This document shows, piece by piece, positions 1 to 18,660 of a stretch of DNA of 64,000 bases; the stretch's first letter is position 1, and the number at the start of each line of letters is the position of its first letter. The stretch is from assembly GCA_033442325.1 (NCBI GenBank), contig JAWQFM010000008.1:1113194-1177193 (forward strand). Reading direction: 5' to 3'. Position numbers and translations under genes: made by a program. Source of the stretch: Salpingoeca rosetta. Taxonomy: Eukaryota; Protista; Choanoflagellata. The notes under the pieces are model-generated. The model had not been told where the DNA came from, ran no database searches, and saw only the letters and a list, made by a program, of their open reading frames with translations.

Positions 1-25
1 GCAAGCACACACACACACACACAGA

Positions 26-59
<34 letters not shown>

Positions 60-68
60 GATGCACAC

Positions 69-1025
69 CTGAATGAAGCAGGTGGTGGCAGCAACTGCGC
101 CCACGGCCACTGCAAAGGCATCCCTACCCTCGCAGCGATCCTCGTGGTCGCACACATCCCCCGCAACCGACTGCACGTGACACGACCCCACGCACGCAGT
201 TCAAGGGAGGCGCTTGTGAGTGGCGTGTTTGCTTTGCAGTGCGGTAGCCAGAAGTCAACATACACACACATCGAGACACACACAGACACAGACACATAGA
301 TGCACACAGACACACACACAGACACACACACAGACACACAGACACACACACACACACAGACACACACACAAACAGACAGACACACGCACACACCATGCAC
401 GCACCATTTCAACAAGGGATGCAAAGAGGACGAGGAGCAGGCCCGTGTGCACAGTGGCAATCCTTGTGCGCAGTGCCTGGTATGCCATGGGCAACGCCAG
501 TGACGTGTACATGGCCGCAGCGACAAACGCGATCCTGTTGGCCATGGAGGTGAACAAGTGTGCGAGTGAGCGAGTGAGTAAGTGAGCAAGCGAGCATTCC
601 TCATACGTGGACCACCCAAGACACCACCCAAAAGCACATACGCATGCACAAACATATGCACTGAAACCCACACTCACACGCACTCTCCCACCACACACAC
701 ACGCACACACACACACACTCAGCCACGTGCAAACACGTTCACGCACCATGTGGCAAAGTATGCGTTCTTGGTGGCTGAGAAGGGTCCACTGGTGCTGGTG
801 TTGAAGGCTGCCGCAAACGCCCACATCACCAGCAAGACAATGGCCAGAATCACGTCCAGCTACATGCAGCAAGCGGAGGGAATAACACAAGGAGGAAAGG
901 GAATGAAGTGTGAGCAATCCACAACCAGCAACAACCAGCGGATGTAGCATGGCGGCGGCAGTGTAGCAGGCACATGCACACACACATACACACACATACA
1001 CACACATACACATACACATACACAC

Positions 1026-1074
<49 letters not shown>

Positions 1075-1364
1075 TTCACATACACACCACGCCACCGACC
1101 TTGGAGTTGACGGGGCATTTCTGGTACAGGAAGCCGAGGCGTACGAAGCAAATGGTGGCGGAAATGACACCACACGCAATGGCCCATGCGTAGTATTCGT
1201 CATCGCACACCTTCGCTTCATTACAGCTATGTTAGGGGAGCATGTGAATGTGCGTGAGTCAGCGTGTGAGTGAGTGTGTGCATTGTGTGTGAGTGTGTGT
1301 GTGTGAGTGTGCGAGTGACAGCTCATGTAACGGCGGTGTGTGTCTGCGTGATTGGCAATCACGA

Positions 1365-1398
<34 letters not shown>

Positions 1399-1548
1399 CT
1401 TCATCCACACTCACACACCCGCACATCCAGCCCACACTCACTCGTCTGCGGCGGAAGCAAACTCGATGATGGAGGCGGCTAGCAGCACAAACAAGCTGCT
1501 GCCAATCGTGTGCCATGTCTTCGCCTCAGTCTCATTCTCATCGGGCAT
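69..1548 (-). CDS. Uncharacterised multi-pass membrane protein with tandem 4-TM (MARVEL-like) repeats; 3' partial, continues off the left edge
   Basis: Five phase-compatible GT-AG exons (~1548-1442, ~1227-1100, ~860-746, ~534-395, ~170-69) give MPDENETEAKTWHTIGSSLFVLLAASIIEFASAADDCNEAKVCDDEYYAWAIACGVISATICFVR...LDVILAIVLLVMWAFAAAFNTSTSGPFSATKNAYFATWIAFVAAA...LLVLFASLVEMSVAGDVCDHEDRCEGRDAFAVAVGAVAATTCFIQ. Hydrophobic helices and an internal repeat are visible. Confidence 0.75.
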
Positions 1549-1721
1549 GGTGGTGGTGCTCAAGTGTTGGAAGCGGCAGTGATTGCAAGAGCAAGCAGAG
1601 ATTGGAGAGCAAAGCTGAAGAAGCAACATCTGCTGCTTGAGGTGTCACCCGTTTAGAAATTTAATTGATATCTTGCACAAATCACCAACAACCAGCCTGT
1701 CAACCTTTCTTCCTTCCACCT

Positions 1722-1757
<36 letters not shown>

Positions 1758-1761
1758 TCTC

Positions 1762-1809
<48 letters not shown>

Positions 1810-1815
1810 ACCCTG

Positions 1816-2722
1816 TCATGACTCTCCCTCCTCCTCCTCCTCCTCCTCCTCCTCCTCCTCCTCCTCATGACGTTGGTGTTTGGTGTCCCTTCCGCCTTCC
1901 TCGCCTGCATCCTGCTCCGCGAGCGCGCCCGTGGCCGCTTCCTTCTGGATGAGCGGCGCCAGCGCGTCAACAAAGCTGAAGTAGCAGTACCTGACATCAA
2001 ACTGCATGTCGTACCAAAAGTTCACTGCGATGCACTGGTTGCACGTGTGCGCGGCGCCCAGCTGCTCCACCTGGTGAAACCACATGGCCGGCAGGTACAG
2101 CACATCGCCCGCCTCCACCTCCACCACAAGTGGCGTCGCGCTGCGGAAGAGTGGATGTTGCCTGTAGTCCGGGTTGTTGGGATCCGCTGCAATCCACGGC
2201 CGCTCCACCGCGTGCTCGTCCTCTGTCTCAAACAGCACAAGCTCAAACCCAGCAGCACTGCCGTGGCCGTCGTCTCCGTTCTCGTTACTGTTGCTGCTGT
2301 GTCTGCCCTGGCTGTGGCCGTTCCTGCTACTGGTTTTGTCTTTGTTGGCACCGCCTTTACGGCTGCCGCTGCCGCTGTCGCTGTCGCTGGTGTCCTCGTG
2401 CCCGGTATCACCACCGTCTTCAGCACCATCACCATCACGCGTTCGTGCGGCGCCGTCGCCACCAACATCGCTGCTGCGTGCGCGCGGGACCCACCGTGCA
2501 GACTTGCACGGTGTCTCATACAAGTACGGCACAGCCGACGGATGATACAGCGTGAACCGCTTGGTCCCAGAGATGACCGCATACATGTTCTCATAGTGGT
2601 CCTAGGGGGAACGAGTGGGTGCGCACGTGTGTGAGTGCGTGTGTGAGTGTATGTGTGTGTGTGTGTGTGTGGGGGGGGAAGATGAGGGACTGTGAGTTCG
2701 TAACACGCTTGCGTAAGCGAAT

Positions 2723-2761
<39 letters not shown>

Positions 2762-3993
2762 TGTTAGTTAATGCGTGCACGCTCCTGACAAGACAAAGAG
2801 GAGACACACTTCATCAACCTGACAGCCGAATCAGCAAACACTCGCACAAGCACAAGACCAGCGCCTACCCTTGAACACACCTTGTGCAGCGACGTGAGCG
2901 CTTCGGTAGGGCCCATCCTGGAAACAACGCAGTACACACGCGCACAGGAGGAGAGTGGGGAGTGTGTCAGGGGCACCAGAGCAAGCGGAGTGGCTTGCAA
3001 GTAAGGTGCGGTTACGAAAGCTTTGGGCATGCATCACGAGCTCTTGGTGCTTGACTCTCTGGAGGTTAGCTACGCAAAAGCATGTGTACACATGCATGTA
3101 CACACACACACACACACAGACACATACGCATACATACATACACACACAGACACACCAACACACCAACACGCGCACACTCTACAAACACAAAAGTACAACC
3201 AGACACCAACCAGAAGTTTACGGCATCTGGCTTGCAGCCGAATGCCTGTTGTGCAAAGTCCAACGTTGTCGTGTCCACATCCTCCATCAGCACGCCCCCA
3301 AACTCGTCTTCGTCTGTCATACTGCAGAGAGCCCACACGCAGAAGCAACGGCAAGAAAGGGTTGAGGGTGAGACACACATGGCGGTATGTGCACATGTGC
3401 CACGAAACCACATGAAGAGCTTGATTCACACACGTGCAAACAACATTGATGCACACGCACACTCAGCACACACTTATACACACAACACACACACACACAC
3501 ACACAACACTCACACACACACAACACTCACACACACACACAACACTCACACAACACACACACACATACACACAACACACACACACAACATGCTCGCACCT
3601 GGAATTCTGATGGGAGACGTAGGAGACGGCGCCTGGGACAGGCTCCTGTGATCTCAGATACTCCCGGAAGGGCATGCGCTCCGTGTGCGGCAGAGCAAAC
3701 ACGCGCCCAAGGCGCTCATCATCCACAATCGCATCCGCGCGTCCGTTTGGCGTCACCTCCACCGACACTTCCACATCTCCGACCTTCTCCTCTAAATATG
3801 CCTTGGACCAGTGCCTCGTGCACCGCCAGCCTGACGCCAGGCCCTTGATCACGCACGGCCGGTTCGCAGATACGTACTCCCGCAAGAACTCAATCGCGCT
3901 TGGCGGCCTGTGCAACACTGGCACGCTCGAAGGCACCACCAAGTCGCGCAGCTCCTGCTGCAAAGCCTCAAATGCATCCCCCACGCTCACCAT
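1816..3993 (-). CDS. JMJD7: JmjC domain-containing protein 7 (cupin-like 2-oxoglutarate oxygenase)
   Basis: Four exons: MVSVGDAFEALQQELRDL..PSAIEFLREYVSANRPCVIKG..VTPNGRADA..HQNS / ..PDAVNFW / MGPTEALTSLHK / DHYENMYAVISGTKRF..GDVLYLPAMWFHQV..IAVNFWYDMQFD. The HxD...H iron triad is intact. Confidence 0.93.
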
Positions 3994-4070
3994 CGTTGCC
4001 TTCGTCTTGTAGCCAGGAGCGGATGATGACTCATCAACCACCACATCGCACAACAACACCACGAGAGTCG

Positions 4071-4270
4071 ATGGAGGACAACAAGCACCCACCACCACAG
4101 TATGTGAGTGCAATGCAGCAGCAGCAGCAGCAGCAGCACCCACCACAGATGCAGTTGGAGCAGCAAGGTGGTGGCCCACAGAGTCATGGCAACGAGCACC
4201 ACCACGACCACCATGCCGGCGCAGGTGGAGAGACTGAGCGCCTGGAAATGTACAGGTCCGGTCCGCCTGT

Positions 4271-4340
<70 letters not shown>

Positions 4341-5655
4341 GTGTGTGTGCGGGCCCTGTGTGTGTTGAGCGTGTGCATGTGTTGTGTGGTGCGTGTGTCA
4401 TTCATGGCGCCCGTCTTTCAGTTCCTCACATTCGACGGGTTGCTGTGCGTGCCCTGGCAGCGATGCTGTGATTGCCATCGTCGCCACCGTCATGGCCATT
4501 CCACTGGCATCCCTCACGGAGGAAGAGGAGGAGAAAGACTACATCTTCCAAGTACTCAATGGTAAAGGCAAGCAGGTATACACACTTGTTGCAGGTGCAG
4601 TGGTGTGCGTGTGCCTGCATGTGCTTGTGCGTGCTGTGTTGTGCGTTTGTTTGTCTGTGATGATGGTGTGCCGCATTTCTGGCCGTCTTTGCTTGCGCAC
4701 GCTGCCATCCTTTCAACTCACGGATCACACCTGTATCCTCCTCTTGTTACACATGCAGATTGCGTGGTTCGTCGCATCGTTCAACGTCAGTAGAGAGAGA
4801 GAGTGTGTGTGTGTGTGTGTGCGTGTGTGTGTGTGTGTGTGAAGGTTAGGGCGTGCGGTTGAGAGCTTTTGTGTGAGGGGGACTGTGCGCGCGTGCGCGT
4901 GCGCGTAAGTGAGTGGGTAAATCGATGCGTGCACGTGTGCGCATTGTACGTTGTGCCCCTTCTTGTGCGGGCTTGCGCCGTTGCCAGAGGTTGACCCACT
5001 CCCACTCGTCTGTCCTTATGCACTCATGCACTCATGCACTCATGCGCCCTCGCATGCATCCACGTGGTTCCCATTATCAGATGGTCGCATACTGGTGGGG
5101 TTACCACTCCGCTCTCATGCGTCAAGTGGAACACGTTACCTTCTGGACCATGGTGAGTGCATCAACGTGAAGCATTGCCAACTGAACGGAAGCCATGCGA
5201 AGCGCCAACACAAAACACCCAGCACACAAGTACCACCCACACTTCACACTGCAACTGCCTGCATCTCGCCTCCATCCTCTACACACACATACATACACAC
5301 ACACGCACACATACATACACACACACACACACACTGTTGCACCTTCTCTATTGCCTTTGAGCCTCCTCACGCCTCGCGAATGGTGATGCCGTGCGCCACT
5401 CAACCACCTATAGCTATGCAACCTGCTGTTCCTGCTGTCGCTGAGCTTCTACCCAATCTCATATGTCTTTGCGCAAGACTACATCCTGAACTGGAGAGCA
5501 ACGTCGTTGTTCATGTCCATCCTGGTGTCAACAGCGCTTGCATTCGCCCTGCTCAGGTACAGCTTGACACACCCTATGATTGGCACGGGCCTGCCCATCC
5601 CACGTCACGCTGCATTGGCTGTCCCATATGCTCGCCCATCACCACCCACTGCCTT

Positions 5656-5691
<36 letters not shown>

Positions 5692-7168
5692 CACCACTCA
5701 CTACCTTGCATACACTGTACCATCCCCTACGTTGCGCTTGTTTATACCCCTCCAACTCGTCGGAGAACCACGATCCAAACATGCGCTCACCACCCACAAC
5801 ACACTATATTTTGTACCCCCCCCCCTCCACTGCCACACTCATCTGCACGATCAATGGACCACACAACCACACGACACAATCACGACACAATCGTGCCACG
5901 TCACCAGGATGCTGTCTCGGCCCTCCGCATGGGAGAGTCCTGCGCGTCGAATGGCGTGGAAGCTGTGCATGATTGAGGATGCAACGCACGTTGTTGTCCT
6001 TGGTCTGGCCCTCGCCGCTGTGCAGATCCTGCGTCTTGTTAACGAAGACTACATTGCCGTCGGCTGGGTCGTTGTTCTCGTCAAGACCATCTTCGACGTA
6101 ATTGTGTACCGCTGGCACGTGCGGCGCCACCCGCGCCTCTTTGCAAACCCGTACAAGCCCGGCAAGACGCTGCGCAAGCGTCACTTCCTTCGCCTTGCCG
6201 GCTACGCTGACGTTCGCCGCAATCGCCTTGAAGCGTTCTCCGATGGCGTGTTTGCCATCGCTGCCACCTTCCAGTTCCTGGAGATCAAAGTGCCAACGCC
6301 AGACCAAGTTCCCTTCCCCTCGTTCACGGAAGCGCTCTCGGATGCCAGCTCGGACTTGGGTGCCTACCTCATCTCCTTTGGCGTCATCGGCATGCTGTGG
6401 ATCAACCACCACAACATTGTCGAACGCTTCCAGTGCGTGCCGCTCTTGCTGCGTCTCGTCAACACGCAGCAGCTTGTGCTAGTGGCCGTGCTTCCTCTCT
6501 TCTTCAGCATCCTCGTCAACTTCTGGCCGGACCGGTCTGCCGTCATCTGGGCGAGCTGCGCCGTCGCCACCACCGGTCTGTTCCAGCTCCTCCTGTGGGG
6601 ATTGGCCCGCTTCCTCCACTCGCGAGCGGTCGCCGCAAGCGCTTCTGTTGCCACGCGCACCCCCTCCGCCCACACCTCCTCGTCCTCCACACTTCTCTCT
6701 GCAAGCACGAGCAGCGGCAGCGGCCACAGCAGGCCTGGCTTTCCAACAGCAACAGCAACAACAGCAACAGCAACAACAGCAAGACCAATGTCTTCTTCGT
6801 CGTTGCCTGGACCGCCAACAACGCCACAAGCAGCTTCAACAGCAACAACAGCAGCACAACAACAGCGACAGCAAGAGGAGGAGGAAGGGTTGCAGCGGGA
6901 AGAAGAGCTTGTGCTGAAGTTTGATCCTTACGATTCCGTGCGCAAGCCGTACGTGGTTGCACAGCTGCTGGTCATACCCGTAGTCGGGTTTGGCACTGCG
7001 CTCGCTGCTCTGGGCTCATCCAGGGTGCACCTGTTCCCGTTTCTGCTCTGCCCGTTCCTGTACTGGCTGCTGAGCTCTCTCGAGGCACGTGCCGTTGGCA
7101 CTGCCATCGCATTGCGGTACGGCGCCGGCACATCCGAACACCAACCGCTTGTGCAGCGCACAGAGTAG
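4071..7168 (+). CDS. TMEM175: TMEM175-family endolysosomal K+/H+ channel, two-repeat (2x6 TM) type
   Basis: Repeat 1 signature RLEMYSDAVIAIVATVM is formed across intron 4256-4460. Repeat 2 signature RLEAFSDGVFAIAATFQFLEI lies at ~6220-6290, with W..YH / WINHH motifs in each repeat. Start is uncertain: in-frame ATGs at 4023, 4026 and 4071. Confidence 0.9.
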
Positions 7169-7281
7169 GTGTGTACTGCGTAGGTGGTGGCGGTGGGTTG
7201 TGGCGAGAGCGTTGGCGACGTTGTGTTGTTGTTGTTGATAAATGGTTGTGGCACACACGTGCCCCAACCCTCGCATTCCCT

Positions 7282-7360
<79 letters not shown>

Positions 7361-7715
7361 TGGTTTCATTTACTTGAGACGGCTGTTTCGCCCCTGGCAC
7401 GTTGTCAAGACATAGCTGAACCATAAAACTCCCTTCCTTCCGATGGAACAAAATGTGGGAGCAAGAGAACATGAGAGAAGGTGAGGCTTGCATATGGAGT
7501 TGCTCGACGCGCGCGTGCGTGCGTGCGTGAGAGACAGAGAGAGAGAGAGAGAGAGAGTGTGTGTGTGTGTGTGAGAGAGAGAGAGGCTGCTTCATGTGTG
7601 TAACAACACGGTGGAGGTTGATATGAAATAACGAGAAGCCAAGCGATTGATAATCGCAGCAGCGCGCGATGTGTCCACACGAGCCGTGATCATCGCAGGA
7701 GCACTGATCGTCGTG

Positions 7716-13217
<5,502 letters not shown>

Positions 13218-15260
13218 CGGTGTGTCGGGATTGAAGACTGTCGCAGACAAGTCAAGAGGGAAGGTAAAGGCTGCAGGAGGCACAATAAACAAATCGCTCC
13301 AAAAAAAAAAAAAAAAGGTCGCAAAGACACTGCGATGCCGCTCAGCGTTTGTCCTGCATAAGGAGCACAAGGAAGTGGTTCATGGTGTATGTGTGTGTAT
13401 GTGCGCGTGAGAGAGAGAGAGAGTTGATGTCCAAGATAACCATGGATGGATGTGATGTGCTGGTGGTGCCATATCGCATGCATGGTGTGTCATTCTGTTT
13501 CAACTCCATGCAGTGGCCAACATTTCAGCGCGTTTGGAGTGCGTGAACTGTTAGATGGCACCCACAAACAACCCAAACACCCAAACACATAAACACACAA
13601 GGACATGCAATGGCAACCGCTCAACCGTAGACACAAAGGCACACGCTCACGGACGCACCGGCTGCTTGGATTCCTCTGCTGCGGTGAGGACAAGGACAAC
13701 AACAACAGGCCAATCGACAAATGAGCGCGCGTCGGACACCACCAACACAACAAGGACACGAAAACAAGGCAAGTATTGGCTATTCGCCAATATCTTCAAA
13801 CAATAATCGACAGGCAAGCGGAACAAGAGGCAAACAAGCAAGCAAGCAAGCAAGCAACAAGGAAGCAAGCAACAAACAACGCGATGGCGCACCACCTGCC
13901 TTCGTCGAACCCAAAGGCGTTCACGAAACCATACAAGCCGCTGGTGAGCGCACGCCTGTGTGCGTACTTTTGTATGTGTGCGTGTGTGTGTGCGTACGTA
14001 TCAGTGAGTGAGTGAGTGATCGAGAGATGCTTGAGTTGAGCAGGTGCGTGTGCGTGTGTGCTGATGGTCACTCACACAACAGATGATCATCATGCTGGAC
14101 AGTCGCAATGTCTGATGCCAACATGGAGGCCAACGTATGATACAAGCCCGCGCACAGGTTGGAACCTCACAGGCATCATGAACCCTAGTTGATCCCAAGG
14201 CTGGAATCGCACACTCGTCTTTCCTGTTTTGCTTGTTGCTCCTACTGAGACTCACAGCTATGGACCGTGCACGCAAACACACACACACACGTGTCGCCCT
14301 GCCTGCTTGGTTGGTTTTGTGTGTGTTCACCACACCACAGTGGTGCACAACTCGCAAGAATCACTCATCATCCGCCAGTTGAAGGTGAGTAACCACCTTT
14401 AGTTTTTTGAAGATCTGTCTTTGCAACAACGCATGCACACAACATCCCACGCCCACACACGCACACACGCACCCCCCGCCCAAACACACCTGATGCAATA
14501 CGTGCAGAACGCGCGCATGAACGACAAACAAGGGGAAGGCGAAGGCAGCGACCGTGTGGAGTCGACACCCGAGCGGAAGGCGCGCGTAACAGACAGCTCC
14601 CCAGATGCGCGGCCATCAAGTACAGAAAAGCGGCCCAAGGTCTCGCAAAACGACACAAACTTGTGAACAATGCTTTTCCACATTGTGTGCTTACTGACTC
14701 TGCACGTGGTGTGTGATGTGCGAGAATATTCGACGTTGCGTGTGTGTGTGTGTATCATTCGTTGATCGGATCAGGCACTCATAGCAGTAAAAGACGAACA
14801 AATGAAACCAGCGTGGTCAAGCAAGAGGTGGAGGCCGGGAGGGGGGGGAGGGAAGAGAACCAAACCGATGCAGAGCAAGTGGCCAAGGGGCGGGCAAGTG
14901 AACGAACAAAGCAATCAAATCACCTAGGCAGTGGAAATTGGTGGTGGTGGTGGGGCGGAATACACACGGGTACATTACCACACACACTACACACACACAC
15001 ACATCAGATACCAGAGCGACAGCCATGTGCCTTCGACACAGACTCACTCACTCCTACCGCTGAAAGTGACATCACGTCGAGAAACACGACAACATCGGAG
15101 AGAGCACGACGCAGAGACAGGGACAGGGAGAGAAAAGGCAAATACGCGCACACATACACACACACTCTCTCGCACGCGCACACACACAAGCACAAACACA
15201 CACACCCATACACAGACACACACACACATACACAGACAAACACACACCACGTGGCAGGAT

Positions 15261-18200
15261 TTATGCGCTGGACTCTGAGCCGACGCCGTAGACACACGCG
15301 GGGCACTTCATCAGGCCGTGCTCGTTGCACGCCGTGCACTTGAGCTTCACAAGCTCCTTTCCAAACCGAGACATCATGCTCTGCCATCCATGCCAATGCA
15401 ATGTAGTCGTGGTGTGTGTTGGGTGTGAGTGCAACAGGTGTAAGTGGAAGCGGAAAGGGCACTCGCTGCTTCGCAAACGCATGTAGTTGTAGAGCACGCG
15501 CACACACACACACACACGCGCGCGCACACACAGACACACACACGCACACACGCGCACACACAGACACACAAGCAAACGCGTGCACACAACCGTTGACGTG
15601 CTTGCTCGTGTGTGCTAACCTTCTTGTCGCCGCCACACCACGTGCACAGCACAAAGCGGCGGTCCGCACACACGTCGCAGTGGAACTCCTTCTCCTTCTT
15701 CCGGCGCTGTGGTGATGGTGGTGGTGAGATCACACGGGATGCGGATCGTTGGAGATGGGAAGGTTACTCCATGGAAGATGGAAAGCAACACACACACAGA
15801 CACACACATACATACATATGCACATGCACACAGACACACACACACACACATGTGCACATGCACATGCACGTACCGGCACTTTGGCGAATTTTCCACGGAG
15901 CTCATCGTTCTCATTCATACGATGCAGGACTTCCAGACCCTGCGGTGAACGGCAGTGGGGTGACGTGAGGAGGTGTTGTGAGGCGAGCAGTAGTACGGCA
16001 CACAGACACACATTGACACACACAGACACACACAGACACACAGACACACAGACACACAGACACACAGACACACACACACAGACACATAGCCAACCAACAG
16101 AGTGACAAGAACAAAACAAAACCCAACTGAGCAACCAACGCAAAAACAAGACACGACCACGCACCCCCATGTGGTGTCCGTTGAGAAAGAGCTGTGGCAC
16201 CGATGCACCGGGCAGCCGCTCGCGAAGTTCGCGCTGATAATCGCGACTGAGGGTGATGTCTCGCTCCTCATACTGCACAAGGAGCCCGTGAAGAATCTTC
16301 AGCAGCTGCTGGCAGTTCCAGTATGTTTCCTTGACGGTGGATACGCTTGTTGTGTACACAACAATCTTCCCGCCGACGCGCTCGGCCTCGGCCTCCTCTT
16401 TCTGTCAAGCGTGATGCATGATGCAGGCAGGGGGTCGGCGTTGGAAGCGGAGGTGAGGGTGGCGAGGACAAAGCGGGCGGGTAACAGGGGTCACAAGTAT
16501 GCAGCAACACACACACATACACATGCACAGGTGCATGCACAAACACGAAAACACAAACAAACAAACAAACAAACAAACAAACAAACAAACAAACAAACAA
16601 AAGCACAAAAAAACAAACAAACAAACAAACAAACAAGCAAGCAAGCAAATACACACACACACACACACAAACAAACAAACAAACAAACATGCGCACCTCA
16701 CGCAGCTCGTCTGCGAGCGTCTTCTCCTTGATTTCCTCCGCCTTCTTCATAAAGAACTTGCGGAAGCGCCCAACAACGCCCTTTGGCGCAACAACCGTCG
16801 ACCGACGGGCACTGCTGCTGCCATCACCAACACCACCAACACCGCCGCTGCCCGAGCCAAGGTTGATCATGGAGCGGCCGCGTGGCGTCGCCGGCGCAGA
16901 CGTGGAGATGGTGGCAGCGCGCTGCGTGAACCGCATGCGGAGGTCGGCAATGGACCCCCGCTTGCCGACAACCGTGCCGCGACGTGACACAATCACGTCC
17001 TTGTTCTCGTTGCGCGGGTCACCCGCGTTGTCGGGCTTGCTGTCTGCCGCCGACGATGGTGATGACGACGCCGCCACCATCCCTGGTCGCGCCATGAGGT
17101 TGGCGCTGGACGCAGCGGGCGTCGCAGGACACGACTGCGCCATGGCCCTGCGCGTGGTCGTTGTTGCTGCTCCTGCGGTGCTGGCACCAGGCTGCTGATC
17201 GTCTGTGGAAGCGGCGTTGTCCTGGTCGCTCTTGGGCGGTGTCATGCCCACGTGGAACGTGAACGACGACGACTCGCCAGCACGCCCGCTGCCGACGGAG
17301 GCGCCACTGCCCTTGGTTGGCGACTGAAGTGTACTTGGTGGAGAGCGAGGGGAGTGCATAGCGTGCGAAGATGCAGAGGGCGTGGTTGGCCCTGATCGTC
17401 CCGCCACAAACGTGAGCGGCATCTCCGCTGTCTCAACTGCCGACGCCTTGCGTACGCCAGGCACGTCGTTGGTGTCATTGTTGTCCTGCGCATCACGATC
17501 GCGCCCAGATGTGGCTGGCGTTTGTGGTGCTGTGCTGCTTGGTGCTGCCGTTGCACCTTGCTGTGGAGTCGTTGTTGGCGCTGCGGTTGCTGCCTGTGTC
17601 GTTGCAGATGTGACAGCAGTTGCAGATTGGTTTGCAGAGCTGTCGCTGTTGCTCGTGGTCGTGGGTGGCCCTTGCGCTGGTGCTTGGGCCTGGGCGACCA
17701 CAGGAGCCGTCATGGCTGTGTCGGGAACGTGTGGTGCTGCGGAGGACTTGGGAGCAGTGCTCGTGAGTCTGGATGCTTGGTCACCACCTTCGTGATCGTT
17801 CTGTCCCCGCTGCACGGCCTCCACCTGATCTTGCTGTTGCTCTTGCCGCTGCTGTTGTTGCTGGTGGGCCTCTGTGGGTTGCCGCTGCGGCGGTTGTGGT
17901 GCCTGTGGCTGCTGTGTTGGTTGTTGTTGCTGCTGCTGTTGGTGGTGGGGCGGTTGTTGTTGTGTTGGTGGTGTCGATGATGAGGGCACAGAGGACTGTG
18001 CTTGATTCTGATCCGTCGCTATTGCGGGAGCTGTGGTGGGTGGAGGGGAAGATACGGTGGATTGCTGGTGGGGTTCACGTGTTGTAGTACCTTCCTGCTG
18101 GCCTGCTTGTGACGCTGAGGATGCAGGTGCTTGATGTGTGTCCAGCACGGCAGATTCCAACGTCGCCTGCACGGTGGTCAATGTCGCCTCGTTCTCATTG

Positions 18201-18388
18201 TAGTATGCCTTTTTCCCTGAGTCCTCTGACTGCTGTTGCTGTTGTTGTTGTTGCTGCTGTTGCTGTTGTTGTTGTTGTTGTTGCAGGAGTGCTTGTTGTT
18301 GTCGTTCTTGTTGTGATTCCCCTTCTTCCCTGTTGACATGTGCCGCTTGCGCTTGCGCCCTCCGCTCACCTTCCGCTGTCGCATCCAT
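15261..18388 (-). CDS. Glutaredoxin and cysteine-rich domain protein (GRXCR1-like) with long Q/A/T-rich N-terminus
   Basis: KIVVYTTSVSTVKETYWNCQQLLKIL..YEERDITLSRDYQRELRERL..VPQLFLNGHHMG followed by four CxxC pairs (CDVC..RFVLCTWCGG..LKCTACNEHGLMKCPAC). Alternative upstream ATG at 18448. Confidence 0.88.
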
Positions 18389-18660
18389 CCTTGTGTGTCG
18401 CTGGTCGTCTTGTGCTCTGAATCCGCTCCAACACAGCACGATGGCCATTTAATGGAAGTTGTTCGCAAATTATCTACAGAGCGCAGCGTGAAGGATGTTG
18501 TTGTTGTTGTGACACATGACTTGTTGCTTCTCCCACACACCACCGTGCCTGACTCAGCGTTCTCACATCAATCAACAACGTTCACGTGACCTGTTTACAG
18601 TAGCTTTCACTCCACTTTCATGTCCCTGCTACCAGTCACGATGTACAGTGCACCGTCATG

